From the NCBI GenBank assembly GCA_903880015.1, contig CAIRNS010000022.1, positions 5,544 through 69,543 on the forward strand: DNA of 64,000 bases, in the 5' to 3' direction. A program made the position numbers and the translations under genes. The notes below the pieces were generated by a model, which saw only the letters and a list, made by a program, of their open reading frames with translations, did not search any database and was not told where the DNA came from. This DNA is from an uncultured Elusimicrobia bacterium (GTDB lineage: Bacteria; Elusimicrobiota; Endomicrobiia; Endomicrobiales; CAIRNS01). Positions 8,887-18,863 of this stretch are shown piece after piece; positions within the stretch are counted from its first letter, which is position 1; each line of letters starts with the position of its first letter.

Positions 8887-10046
8887 AATGACAACGCTCC
8901 CGTTATTTTCAAGGCCGTGCAGGTTTCTTTAACATCGTGCACGCGCACTATAGCAGCTCCGTGATTGACAGCCCACAGACATGCGGCGACGCTTCCGGTA
9001 ACCCGGTCAGCGGGATGAGACACCCCCGTCACGGCGCCGATAAATGCTTTTCGTGATGCGCCCACCATTAGCGGACATCCGAGAGAAGAGAATTCGTTGA
9101 GCCGGCGCAAAATCGTTACATTGTGTTCCGTGGTCTTTCCAAAACCGATGCCTGGATCGAGAATAATGTGCTTCATGGCTATGCCATGCGCAAGTGCAAA
9201 CGCAATCCGTTCTTCAAAAAAGGCATACACATCAGCAACCACATCGGCATACCGCGGATTTTTCTGCATGGTACGCGGCGTCCCCTGCATGTGCATGATA
9301 ACCAGAGGAACTTTTGCCCGCGCAGCGACCAGCGCCATCGCACCTTTTTGATGGCGAAGACCGGTGATGTCATTGATAATATCTGCGCCTGCATCCAGGG
9401 CGGCTTGCGCAACGGACGGTTTGCAGGTGTCTATTGAAATGAGTTTTTTTGTTTTCTTCCGCAGCAACTGTATCACGGGAACGACACGCCGTTGTTCCTC
9501 TTCAGCCGTCACTGCCCGTGCTCCGGGGCGGCTTGATTCGCCCCCCACATCGATAATGTCGGCGCCATCCTTAATCATGGTGAACGCATATTCTACAACC
9601 GCTGCAGAATCATGAAAACGTCCGTCACCGGAAAACGAATCAGGCGTTACATTGAGTATGCCCATAACCCGCGGGGACTTTTCCGAGAGAGATGCATGGC
9701 GACTCAATTCAGCGACAATTGATACGCCGACATCGCGCAATCCAAACGGTTGTTGTGCCAATTTCGGCAGAAGCCGTTCATACTGCGCCGGCGTTGCCAT
9801 TACCAGAACATGCGACTTTCCCTGTTTGAAGGCGGCTACATCCCTGCTCACCGCTGCCTCGCCGCCGCAGGCGAGTATTTCCTGTTTGATAATATTGGCT
9901 GCCCGGTTATCGATTTCCGAAATCAGCAACGGCACCATGAAGGCCTTGCGCGACATGCGACGCACTGAATACGCATCAGCCCCCACACGGCTGACCGCGG
10001 CTCGTGCATCACCTTCAGATTGTAATTCAATTTTCGTTACACGCAT
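8877..10046 (-). CDS. folP: Dihydropteroate synthase with an N-terminal extension of about 120 aa
   Basis: 389 aa. Pterin-binding domain motifs GILNVTPDSFSGDG and DVGGESSRPG. The first ~120 aa lie outside the DHPS core. Confidence 0.9.
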   Translation of the reverse strand: MRVTKIELQSEGDARAAVSRVGADAYSVRRMSRKAFMVPLLISEIDNRAANIIKQEILACGGEAAVSRDVAAFKQGKSHVLVMATPAQYERLLPKLAQQPFGLRDVGVSIVAELSRHASLSEKSPRVMGILNVTPDSFSGDGRFHDSAAVVEYAFTMIKDGADIIDVGGESSRPGARAVTAEEEQRRVVPVIQLLRKKTKKLISIDTCKPSVAQAALDAGADIINDITGLRHQKGAMALVAARAKVPLVIMHMQGTPRTMQKNPRYADVVADVYAFFEERIAFALAHGIAMKHIILDPGIGFGKTTEHNVTILRRLNEFSSLGCPLMVGASRKAFIGAVTGVSHPADRVTGSVAACLWAVNHGAAIVRVHDVKETCTALKITGALSLWN

Positions 10047-10063
10047 AAAAACAAGACGAACTA

Positions 10064-10624
10064 TTATTTTCGTATCAAGGATAACGCTTCAGCCCGGGTC
10101 CGCGCATCTTTCATGAATGTGCCGCGTATGGCCGATGTGACCATGATCGCCCCGGGCTTTCTTACCCCGCGCATTGACATGCACATATGCTCGCACTCCA
10201 TGACCACCATAGCGCCGTGGGGCCGGGCAGTTTTCATGATACCGTCAGCGATCTGCTTGGTCATACGCTCCTGCAGTTGCAACCGGTGCGAAAAAAGCTC
10301 TACCACGCGTACCAGAGCGGACATGCCCAGAAGCCGGTCTTTTTTCGGGATATACGCCACATGGATTTTTCCGAAAAAAGGAAGGAGGTGGTGTTCACAC
10401 AAAGAATACACCTGAATATCTTTTATCAAAACTATTTCTTCGTGATCTTCTTCGCCGTAATGCACGGTCAGCAGATCAAGGGGGTCCGTTCCATACCCGC
10501 TGAGCGCCTCGGCATAAAACTCCGCAACACGACGGGGCGTATGTTTTAACCCTTCGCGGCGGGGATCCTCACCGATTGCCTCAAGCAGGTGTTGTACTGA
10601 CAGCGACAGCTTCTTGTTGTCCAT
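10064..10624 (-). CDS. folE: GTP cyclohydrolase I
   Basis: 186 aa. Motifs EGLKHTPRRVA, CEHHLLPF. The start overlaps the ftsH 3' end by 44 nt. Confidence 0.93.
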   Translation of the reverse strand: MDNKKLSLSVQHLLEAIGEDPRREGLKHTPRRVAEFYAEALSGYGTDPLDLLTVHYGEEDHEEIVLIKDIQVYSLCEHHLLPFFGKIHVAYIPKKDRLLGMSALVRVVELFSHRLQLQERMTKQIADGIMKTARPHGAMVVMECEHMCMSMRGVRKPGAIMVTSAIRGTFMKDARTRAEALSLIRK

Positions 10625-12407
10625 TTATTATCCGTTCTATTTCTTCAGAATCAATTATTTCTTTTTCAATGAGCCGGTCGGCAAGCGCGGTCAGCTTGAC
10701 GGTTTGCTCACGCAGAACTTTCGTCGCCCGGGCGCGCGCTTCTTCCACGATGCGTTTGACTTCTTCATCGATTATTTCGGATGTTTTATCCGAATAGCGC
10801 GGCTCGCGGGTGAAATCGCGGCCCAGGAACACTTCTTCTTCAGGCCGTCGTAACGACAGAGGACCAATCCGCTCGCTCATGCCGAACTCCGTCACCATCT
10901 TCTGCGCCATCTCGGTCGCTTTTGCCAGATCATTCTGAGCGCCGGTAGTGACTTCATTGAAAATGATTTCTTCAGCCGAACGGCCGCCCATAAGCACATC
11001 CAGACGCGAAAGGATTTCCTGGCGCGTGGTAAGGAATTTATCTTCCAACGGCAATTGCAGGGTATATCCCAATGCCGGGCCGCGCGGAATAATCGATACC
11101 TTGTGCACCGGGTCCGTTCCCGCGGTAAACCGGGCGACCAGGGTATGGCCTGCCTCGTGATACGCGATAATCTTTTTCTCCCGGTCAGCTATCACGCGCG
11201 ACTTTCTCTGCGGTCCCGCGATCACTCGGTCTATGGCCTCTTCAAACTCTGGCATTTCAACGGTCTGCTTGCTCTTACGCGCACCCAGAAGCGCGGCTTC
11301 GTTGACCAGATTCGCCAGATCGGCGCCGACAAATCCCGGGGTACGGCGCGCGATGACCATCAAATCAACAGCGGGCGATATTTTGATTCCTCTGGCATGG
11401 ACTTGCAAAATTTCTTCACGGTCTTTTAAGTCAGGATTGGGAACCGCCACATGGCGGTCAAACCTACCGGGACGAAGCAGGGCGGGGTCAAGCACATCCG
11501 GACGGTTAGTCGCCGCAATCAGGATGACGCCTTCCTTAGTGTCAAATCCGTCCATCTCGACAAGCAGTTGGTTGAGCGTCTGTTCCCGCTCGTCGTGACC
11601 GCCACCGATACCGGCAAACCGGTGTCTGCCGACAGCGTCAATCTCGTCAATAAACAAGAGGCAAGGCGCACTGCGCCGCCCTTGGTCAAACAAATCACGC
11701 ACGCGCGACGCGCCGACGCCGACAAACATTTCCACAAATTCCGAACCGCTCGATGAAAAGAATGGGACGCCGGCCTCTCCCGCCACCGCCTTTGCCAAAA
11801 GCGTTTTGCCGGTTCCGGGGGCTCCGTACAACAGTACCCCTTTAGGAATCTTTCCGCCCAATTTCTGAAACTTAGCGGGATCTTTTAGAAATTCTATGAT
11901 TTCCTGCAGTTCTTCCTTTGCCTCGCCGCAGCCGGCAACATCGGAAAAAGTGGTTTTTGTTTTTTTGGTTGCCTGAAGTTTTGCCTTGCTTTTGCCGAAC
12001 TGCATCATCTGCCGTCCGCCTGACTGCATACCCTTAAGCATCCATAACCAGAATCCGATAAGCAGCAGCATCGGCCCCCAGTTCATCAGAAACGGCATCA
12101 ACCAGCCCTTGTCCATATCGCCGGAAAACTGAGAAACATTGTTTATTTCCATTTCCTCGATAAGTTTCGGATCGGCCAGGGGAACGGTCTTAAAGTTCAG
12201 GACCTGTGTATCTTTTTTATACTGTCCCCGTATCATTTCAGGCGAAATAGTCACTTTGACGATATTGCCCGCCTTAAGATTCTGCTTAAACATCGAGTAG
12301 GGCAATTCCTGTTCCGTCCCGCGCCCGCGAACTGACTGAAGAAAATACATCAAGAAAACAAATACAACCAGCCATATGACGAATCCGTAACGATTTTTTT
12401 CTTTCAT
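10581..12407 (-). CDS. ftsH: ATP-dependent zinc metalloprotease FtsH
   Basis: 608 aa. N-terminal TM pair, Walker [15 protein letters not shown] region, zinc motif HEAGH. Confidence 0.97.
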   Translation of the reverse strand: MKEKNRYGFVIWLVVFVFLMYFLQSVRGRGTEQELPYSMFKQNLKAGNIVKVTISPEMIRGQYKKDTQVLNFKTVPLADPKLIEEMEINNVSQFSGDMDKGWLMPFLMNWGPMLLLIGFWLWMLKGMQSGGRQMMQFGKSKAKLQATKKTKTTFSDVAGCGEAKEELQEIIEFLKDPAKFQKLGGKIPKGVLLYGAPGTGKTLLAKAVAGEAGVPFFSSSGSEFVEMFVGVGASRVRDLFDQGRRSAPCLLFIDEIDAVGRHRFAGIGGGHDEREQTLNQLLVEMDGFDTKEGVILIAATNRPDVLDPALLRPGRFDRHVAVPNPDLKDREEILQVHARGIKISPAVDLMVIARRTPGFVGADLANLVNEAALLGARKSKQTVEMPEFEEAIDRVIAGPQRKSRVIADREKKIIAYHEAGHTLVARFTAGTDPVHKVSIIPRGPALGYTLQLPLEDKFLTTRQEILSRLDVLMGGRSAEEIIFNEVTTGAQNDLAKATEMAQKMVTEFGMSERIGPLSLRRPEEEVFLGRDFTREPRYSDKTSEIIDEEVKRIVEEARARATKVLREQTVKLTALADRLIEKEIIDSEEIERIINGQQEAVAVSTTPA

Positions 12408-12481
12408 CCTGTTTGATTCCTTTCGAAGTTAAAATATACGGGAATTTAGCACAACACGCCTTCGGTCATCACACGACTTGA

Positions 12482-13450
12482 TCAACGACGGGCAAAACAA
12501 AGATTATTGCTTTCCTTGGTGATATTCCATGTGCGGGAAAATTTAATAATCCCGTCATTGCCGGAAAAAATCAGGTGCATCGTCTGTTGTATCTGAGCAA
12601 CCGACTTTTTTTCCGGTAAAATCGATTTTAAAACACGCATTTGAGTGGATTTATTATATCGAAAAAACATATTTAAATCAAGGTGAATTTTATTCGGAGT
12701 GATCCGGGCGCAACGACGCACTGCGGCAGCTGCCCGGCTTCGCAAAACAGCGCTGTCTTGCGTAAACAACTGCGACACGGCCGTCAAGTGTTCCACCAAC
12801 CGCGGATTAAACGATTCCATCATCGGAACAAGATGGTGGCGGATGCGGTTTCGGGTAAACGCATCGCTCGAATTCGATCGATCAGTCCGGAAAGAAAGGC
12901 GTTGGGAACGGATATACGACATGATAGATGTGCGCGGCAACGACAGCAAAGGACGGATTATCGAGCGGCGACCCAGCGGGCGCTCCCGCGGAATGCCGCA
13001 CAACCCATCCGGACCGGTCCCGCGCAACAACCACATAAGCACGGTCTCAGCATTATCGTTAGCAGTATGTCCCGTAGCAATAAGCGAGCATCGCAACCGG
13101 GCGGCGATGGCGGCAAGCGCACGATAGCGCTCATCCCGTCCAGCAGTTTCAAGAGAAATGCTATCACGAGCGGAACAACGCCGGATATCAACATTCTCAA
13201 CAGTAACATCAATCCCCAGCTTCTTCCCCAATAACCGAACAAAATTCGCGTCAGCGTGCGATTCACGGCGCAAACCGTGATCCATGTGCGCGATAAAAAT
13301 CGTCACAGGCATGGTTTTTGATAATCGCCAAAACAGATGCGCCAAGCACACTGAGTCCGGACCGCCGGAAACGGCAAGCAGTATTCTGCTACCCGGTTTA
13401 ATCAGACGATAATGCGCGATATCTTCCTTAAAAGCTGTCCATGTGTCCAT
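12482..13450 (-). CDS. tilS: tRNA(Ile)-lysidine synthase
   Basis: 322 aa. PP-loop LLAVSGGPDS, and the conserved ftsH-adjacent position. Confidence 0.88.
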   Translation of the reverse strand: MDTWTAFKEDIAHYRLIKPGSRILLAVSGGPDSVCLAHLFWRLSKTMPVTIFIAHMDHGLRRESHADANFVRLLGKKLGIDVTVENVDIRRCSARDSISLETAGRDERYRALAAIAARLRCSLIATGHTANDNAETVLMWLLRGTGPDGLCGIPRERPLGRRSIIRPLLSLPRTSIMSYIRSQRLSFRTDRSNSSDAFTRNRIRHHLVPMMESFNPRLVEHLTAVSQLFTQDSAVLRSRAAAAVRRCARITPNKIHLDLNMFFRYNKSTQMRVLKSILPEKKSVAQIQQTMHLIFSGNDGIIKFSRTWNITKESNNLCFARR

Positions 13451-13451
13451 A

Positions 13452-14288
13452 CTATTCCTTTATACTGTACGAAGCACCGTCTTCGCTGAACGACAGGAAA
13501 CCCTCAGTTTGCAGCGCAACGATGCACCGGTCAACGCGGATAGGCGACGCTTTGGTCAGCGCGTACATTCGTTTTTTTGTCACCGACCCTGATTGCGTCA
13601 CTAATCGAATAATCTGCCCGCGGATTTTTCTGTCAGATGCCGCAAACGGCGCCTGGCGAACATACTGCGCACTGCGCCTGCCGGGGTTGGGATGTTTATC
13701 TTTAAGCATCACCCCGTAATCCATCAGGGCGTTGTACCATTTCCATGGATTCTTTTTGTCGAGTGTTTTTTCTACAAACGGTCTGATATCATCATCGGTA
13801 ACATTATTGCGTCCCGCGAAGAATTCATGGATAAAAACTGTCCGGATATTGGTTTCGATAAAAACAACCGGCAGATCAAACGCATACGCGGCAATCGAGC
13901 GGGCTGTTGCAGGGCCGATGCCCGGAAGCGATTCAAGCTCCTCTACGGTGCGCGGGACGGTCCCGTTACCGCGGCGCATCATTTCCTGCGCTGCTTTTTG
14001 CAGAAACAGGGCACGACGGTTATAGCCCATCCCCTGCCACACCGTAAGCACCGCGCTCAACGGTGATTGGGCCAACTTTTTCACCGTCGGAAAAGCTGCA
14101 ATAAAGGCGGGAAATTTTTCTTCAACCCGGCTCGTCTGCGTTTGCTGAAGCATAACCTCGGAAACAAACACATGATACGGATCACGAGTCTTTCGCCATG
14201 AAAATTCTCTTTGATTGTGTTCAAAATACCGATACACCTTTGTCCGCAAAGCTCTGCACGCAGCAGAAGTAACTACCTCTTTTTTCAT
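13452..14288 (-). CDS. HhH-GPD DNA glycosylase (MutY/EndoIII-like) lacking the Fe-S cysteine cluster
   Basis: Motifs FSWRKTRDPYHVFVSEVMLQQTQ and the HhH LPGIGPATARSIAAYAF. The track start (14339) is a TTG inside the terminator tail. The ATG at 14286-14288 (MKKEVV) follows a TTGTATAAT box. Confidence 0.75.
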   Translation of the reverse strand: MKKEVVTSAACRALRTKVYRYFEHNQREFSWRKTRDPYHVFVSEVMLQQTQTSRVEEKFPAFIAAFPTVKKLAQSPLSAVLTVWQGMGYNRRALFLQKAAQEMMRRGNGTVPRTVEELESLPGIGPATARSIAAYAFDLPVVFIETNIRTVFIHEFFAGRNNVTDDDIRPFVEKTLDKKNPWKWYNALMDYGVMLKDKHPNPGRRSAQYVRQAPFAASDRKIRGQIIRLVTQSGSVTKKRMYALTKASPIRVDRCIVALQTEGFLSFSEDGASYSIKE

Positions 14289-14341
14289 ATCTTTAGTATT
14301 ATACAAAAAATATACATTCCTCGCTGTAGTACATGACAAAA

Positions 14342-14379
14342 AAAGAAAGACCTCATTTTTGGAAATGAGATCTTTCTTT
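14342..14379 (-). terminator. Intrinsic terminator-like hairpin downstream of tRNA-fMet
   Basis: 17-bp inverted repeat AAAGAAAGACCTCATTT (14342-14358) / AAATGAGATCTTTCTTT (14363-14379), 16/17 complementary with a 4-nt loop. On the minus strand it is followed by a T run. The stem is A/U-rich. Confidence 0.5.
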
Positions 14380-14382
14380 AAG

Positions 14383-14459
<77 letters not shown>

Positions 14460-14470
14460 ATTATTTAGGT

Positions 14471-14499
14471 AGTATACCATTGAAATCGCATTCTGTCAA
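14471..14499 (-). promoter_or_regulatory. sigma70-type promoter for tRNA-fMet
   Basis: Minus strand: TTGACA (14494-14499), N17, TATACT (14471-14476), with TG at the extended -10 position. The -10 box ends 11 nt before the tRNA 5' end. The -35 box overlaps the stop codon of the upstream gene. Confidence 0.6.
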
Positions 14500-15194
14500 A
14501 TAACACAATGTGAATGAACATCAATGTGATGGTCAGCGATATTGACCATTTTACAACTAAAGACATTGGCAACGGTTGTTGCGGGCTCAAGAAGCGTGAC
14601 CTGATTTTTAAATGCATCCACCAGATGTATATGCCCATGCATCCACATAAGCGGCTTTATGCGTTTAATGAAATGATGAAAACATTGAAAACCGCGATGG
14701 GCCATATCCGGCTGATCATGCACATCAGCCGGAGGCGCATGCGAAATAACAATAACTTCTTTCGATATGCGTCCGCGCAGTTTGTCCTGCAAGCGCATCA
14801 ACAATATTTTCCGTTCAACCTGCTTGACGATGCGCGCCATGGCTTGTTCCGTGTACTGATTGGGTTTCCCGTTATACCATATCGAGCCGCCAAACCCGAC
14901 CATCAAATAATCACCGAACACTTCCGCCCGCCCGTGCAGGTCAGTACTGCCGCCGGCGTAATTGCCGTACTTTCCCCCGATATTCGTCTCGCGGTATTGA
15001 GAGGTCTCAAACTGATGATTGCCAAGGATAAAAAATAGCGGTTTCTTTAAACCATCGACGATAAATTCCAGATATTCACGATCAAGATCACCGCACGATA
15101 CGACGCAATCAATATCAGCGTAGCGTTCCGGCGCAGTTTCCACCAGAGTTTCAAGGCTGAGGCTGGGCACATCGGATACCGCTAAGATTTTCAT
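14496..15194 (-). CDS. Calcineurin-like metallophosphoesterase
   Basis: 232 aa. Ordered motifs: AVSD, CGDLD, GNHQ, ISHAPP, GHIH. Confidence 0.8.
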   Translation of the reverse strand: MKILAVSDVPSLSLETLVETAPERYADIDCVVSCGDLDREYLEFIVDGLKKPLFFILGNHQFETSQYRETNIGGKYGNYAGGSTDLHGRAEVFGDYLMVGFGGSIWYNGKPNQYTEQAMARIVKQVERKILLMRLQDKLRGRISKEVIVISHAPPADVHDQPDMAHRGFQCFHHFIKRIKPLMWMHGHIHLVDAFKNQVTLLEPATTVANVFSCKMVNIADHHIDVHSHCVI

Positions 15195-15201
15195 GTCACC
15201 A

Positions 15202-16065
15202 CTATTTTTTGATAAGGTTCCCTTTTATCTCGCGCATGATATCGGTTACTACCTGGGGCAATAAATCTAAAAATTTAGATTTTCTGTATTTTTGAACAAA
15301 ATCGTCTTTGGTAAAATCAAAACCCACATCATATCCGGCCTTTTGGCTGAGATAGTACTTATGCTGCTGCATCCAGATGTACAAGTCGGTGTATGTCCGG
15401 CGCGGGAATACATTAAGCACGCCTTCATGAACAATAATGCGCACCGCTGGCAGAAATCGCTGCTCATACCATGCAAAACTTGAGTAAATAACTGCGCGTT
15501 TAGCCAATTCACCGTCATTATAGTTTCGGCGGAAAGAATTAATTTCCTCGAACAATTTCCCAAAACTGGTCAAATCGGTTACTTTCAGAGGGAATGCCAA
15601 AATCGCATTGCGCAGAAAAGTTTCCTTTTCAAACGCGTTTTCCTCGAGCTTGATGAGGAACTCTTTGGCTTTATCGGTATCATAACTATATTGCTTTTTC
15701 GGGGAAAGGTCCAGGTCGAATTGGATTTCAATAACTTCAGCGTCTATCTCAGCGGCACCCATTTCATTTTTTGCGACCGTCACGCGGTGATGTCCGTCGA
15801 TAACAAAATAATTATCAAGAACCTTATACACTTTTATCGGCGGCAATATTTTTCCCACCATCATCAACTGCCGCACACTCTCGTATTTCGCGCTGACCCG
15901 ATCTTTGTGCAACAGAAACTCTTCATTAAAATCAGTGTACCGCCCTAAACTGCCGACGATTTTGTCAATAGGTATCGCCAACACGCCCTTGTTAAGCTGA
16001 TGGGCATGCTCAAGATTTTTTTCAATGGAAGAAAATTCTATAAGCGTATCTTTTTGTTCAGGCAT
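15202..16065 (-). CDS. ParB/Srx-fold N-terminal domain protein (non-partitioning type)
   Basis: 287 aa. ParB-like motif VIDGHHRVTVAK after PPIKVYKV. The C-terminal half is unassigned. The gene is A/T-rich. Confidence 0.6.
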   Translation of the reverse strand: MPEQKDTLIEFSSIEKNLEHAHQLNKGVLAIPIDKIVGSLGRYTDFNEEFLLHKDRVSAKYESVRQLMMVGKILPPIKVYKVLDNYFVIDGHHRVTVAKNEMGAAEIDAEVIEIQFDLDLSPKKQYSYDTDKAKEFLIKLEENAFEKETFLRNAILAFPLKVTDLTSFGKLFEEINSFRRNYNDGELAKRAVIYSSFAWYEQRFLPAVRIIVHEGVLNVFPRRTYTDLYIWMQQHKYYLSQKAGYDVGFDFTKDDFVQKYRKSKFLDLLPQVVTDIMREIKGNLIKK

Positions 16066-16126
16066 AATTCCTCAATACCGACACATCCCATTTCGCCTTC
16101 AGCTGCTGTCATAAAACTCTGTGTAA

Positions 16127-16212
<86 letters not shown>

Positions 16213-16230
16213 AGGTGTCAAATTCATTTT

Positions 16231-16259
16231 ATTTTACAACAATTTTTTGGTTTCGTCAA
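16231..16259 (-). promoter_or_regulatory. sigma70-type promoter for tRNA-Leu
   Basis: Minus strand: TTGACG (16254-16259), N17, TAAAAT (16231-16236), 18 nt upstream of the tRNA 5' end. Confidence 0.5.
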
Positions 16260-16299
16260 AAGTGGCTTACGCTGAATATAATATTGTGATGAATGGGAA

Positions 16300-18675
16300 T
16301 CAAATTGGATTTAATATTTCATAAGGCACACGGTTATAAAGTTTCACTAAAGAACATATTTTATCAATACGGCCTGAAAGCAATAATTCTCGATAACGCT
16401 GAATAATCTCACCATTCCATATTATTTCAAAACTACTATTATTTAAATTGCCCACAATATTACCACAATCACAATGTGCTCCCGTTAATACACTACCGTC
16501 AAATCTAACAACTGCTTTTCTCCAAGGCGCAAAACAAGTGTTGCGTTGAGGATTTATGAGCTTCGGTTCAGTTGCATTAATTTCCACAAACTGCTGAGGC
16601 AGTATGTCTTCAGTAACGCGCTGAGCATCGCCCATGTCTACAGAGGAACTGCCTAAAATATATTCGCCGGTAATATTGGTAAAATATTCAATGCCTGAGC
16701 ATTGACAAAGCAATTTAGCTTTATCAAGCATGTCGACAATCCTTTTTCGCTCATTATAATCACATGTCAAAATGTTTTCCGGGTGATCTATTCCGCATAT
16801 TATGTACTTGAATTGAATTGCATCAAATTCATGTTTTTTGGCAAATTCCACAAAATCAATGATTTGATGATAATTAGATTTCATGATAACAACAGCCATA
16901 TTCAGCCCATATTTACTACTCAATGACTTGCGTGCATGTTTAATTATGTTGATTGAATTAAGCATATCCTCAAATCGAGCGCCGCGACGAATAGATTCAT
17001 ATATGTCCTTTGTCGCGCCATCAATTGAAATTTCAAGTTCCACATTGTTTTCAATCAACTTGCGAGCAATTCGATCATCGATTAACAACCCGTTTGTTGT
17101 CACTTTTTGCTTGATGCCGTATTTCCCCGCGGCAACAAACAATTCTTCAAATCCGTCATAAAGGAAAACTTCTCCTCCTAACCAAGAAATATTGTGCAAA
17201 TAAGGCATAATTGCAAGAATTTGCTCTTTCACATAGGGTGATAATTCTACCCCTGTTTTTTTGTCTAAACTACACATAACACATCTTAAGTTGCATTTAG
17301 TAGTAATATGTACATCAATCGAAATCGGCAAAGTAGATATATCGGACCGTCTCTCCCCAATATTACGCTCGCAATCGAGCTGATTACTAATACAATCGGA
17401 CAACGCACAATGGGTCTGCTTGATCCGGCTGATCACAGAAAGCGCGCTATCGTGCCCCCCAACATCATTACAGTAGCGTATAAAATGCAACAAATGCCCA
17501 ATATTATCATGAATGGTTGTAGAATCATTCATGAGAGAAATAATATTTATAGGACTATCATATTTACTCATTGCATTAATTCCAAATCCTTCAGCTAACT
17601 GCTGTAAAGTGTAAACAACCTCAACGCTTTCATCGCTTTGAGGGGTTACTGTATCCATTTCTTGAGCGAATTCGCTCTGCATCAATAATAAATTGCCGAT
17701 TTCTTTGTTCAACTCGACGGATTCCGGATCAATCGCTTGCGCAGCGCGGAACGATAACAATGCTTTTTCATGAAGATTCTCGGCAACATATATTCTGCCA
17801 AGTAGTATGTTATACAATGCTTGTCCGGAAAAACGACTCTTTAAAGACAACAAAAGTAATTTTGCCCTATCACCCAATCCCATATGCAAATAACATTCGG
17901 CAATCTTAAGTTGTATCTCGCCCGGGAATCCTTCCATGTTAGTCGCGGATGAAAATACTGCAAGAGCTTCGGCATAATTGCCCTGCGCCATCTCAATGTC
18001 ACCCAACAACATGCAAGCAAATGATTGATTGTCACCGCAATGCATTCCGGCAGCAATCATTTCGCGAGCCGACACAAAGTCTTGGCTTTGTATGTATATC
18101 TTCGCCAGTTCGAAATACGCTATTGAACATTTTGAATCAATTTGTAAAGCTTTTTTAAAGGCAATCTTTGCATCTTCAATACGATTCTCTCCGCACTCCA
18201 CCAAACCCAGCAAGACATGCCCCAATACGCTGCCGCTTATCTCTATTTCTCGAATTGCCTCGACTCTTCCTTTTTCAAAATCATTCAATTTAATATACGC
18301 TTTACCTATCTCATAATGGAGCTCCGGAGCATTGCCGTCTAATACAACTGCCTTTGTAAATGATGTGATTGCTTTTCTATATTCTGATTGTATTTCATAA
18401 ATCTTCCCTAACAATATATGCGCATACACTATTTTATCATCGATAGCTATTGCTTCAATAAAGAAGTTTTTTGCATTTTCATAATCTTTTTTTAAGTAAA
18501 GTATTTTCCCAATTTCAAAAATACATGCCCCATGCTCCGGGGCTATCCCACGAAGTGTCATAAATATACGCAGAGCTTCTTCAGCATCTCCCGCCTGGAG
18601 CAACTTTTTTCCACTATCCATTAAAGCATCGATTTGACAATTACCCATTATTACAATTCCCTTGAGAAAACACAT
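16300..18675 (-). CDS. TPR-repeat + radical SAM protein with a Cys-poor SPASM/twitch-like C-terminus (paralog A)
   Basis: 791 aa. About 330 aa of TPR, then the radical SAM cluster motif TKCNLRCVMC (CX3CX2C), then the C-terminal CFAPW...HCDCG...IWNG region. An alternative ATG at 18648 (MGNCQ) aligns better with paralog B. Confidence 0.8.
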   Translation of the reverse strand: MCFLKGIVIMGNCQIDALMDSGKKLLQAGDAEEALRIFMTLRGIAPEHGACIFEIGKILYLKKDYENAKNFFIEAIAIDDKIVYAHILLGKIYEIQSEYRKAITSFTKAVVLDGNAPELHYEIGKAYIKLNDFEKGRVEAIREIEISGSVLGHVLLGLVECGENRIEDAKIAFKKALQIDSKCSIAYFELAKIYIQSQDFVSAREMIAAGMHCGDNQSFACMLLGDIEMAQGNYAEALAVFSSATNMEGFPGEIQLKIAECYLHMGLGDRAKLLLLSLKSRFSGQALYNILLGRIYVAENLHEKALLSFRAAQAIDPESVELNKEIGNLLLMQSEFAQEMDTVTPQSDESVEVVYTLQQLAEGFGINAMSKYDSPINIISLMNDSTTIHDNIGHLLHFIRYCNDVGGHDSALSVISRIKQTHCALSDCISNQLDCERNIGERRSDISTLPISIDVHITTKCNLRCVMCSLDKKTGVELSPYVKEQILAIMPYLHNISWLGGEVFLYDGFEELFVAAGKYGIKQKVTTNGLLIDDRIARKLIENNVELEISIDGATKDIYESIRRGARFEDMLNSINIIKHARKSLSSKYGLNMAVVIMKSNYHQIIDFVEFAKKHEFDAIQFKYIICGIDHPENILTCDYNERKRIVDMLDKAKLLCQCSGIEYFTNITGEYILGSSSVDMGDAQRVTEDILPQQFVEINATEPKLINPQRNTCFAPWRKAVVRFDGSVLTGAHCDCGNIVGNLNNSSFEIIWNGEIIQRYRELLLSGRIDKICSLVKLYNRVPYEILNPI

Positions 18676-18863
18676 TCATAAAATTGGTGGCTAAAAATAC
18701 TACAGCATTCACTGTGCAATCTGCTTAATGCAATCAAGTAACCGTGCGGGCTTATGCTGAAACTGTGTGAACTGAACAAAACCATGCGTCATTTTATTGC
18801 TTCTTTTCACAGAATTAAATTTAAGCACTCATTTTTCCTGTTCATGGAGTTAAATAATTGCAA

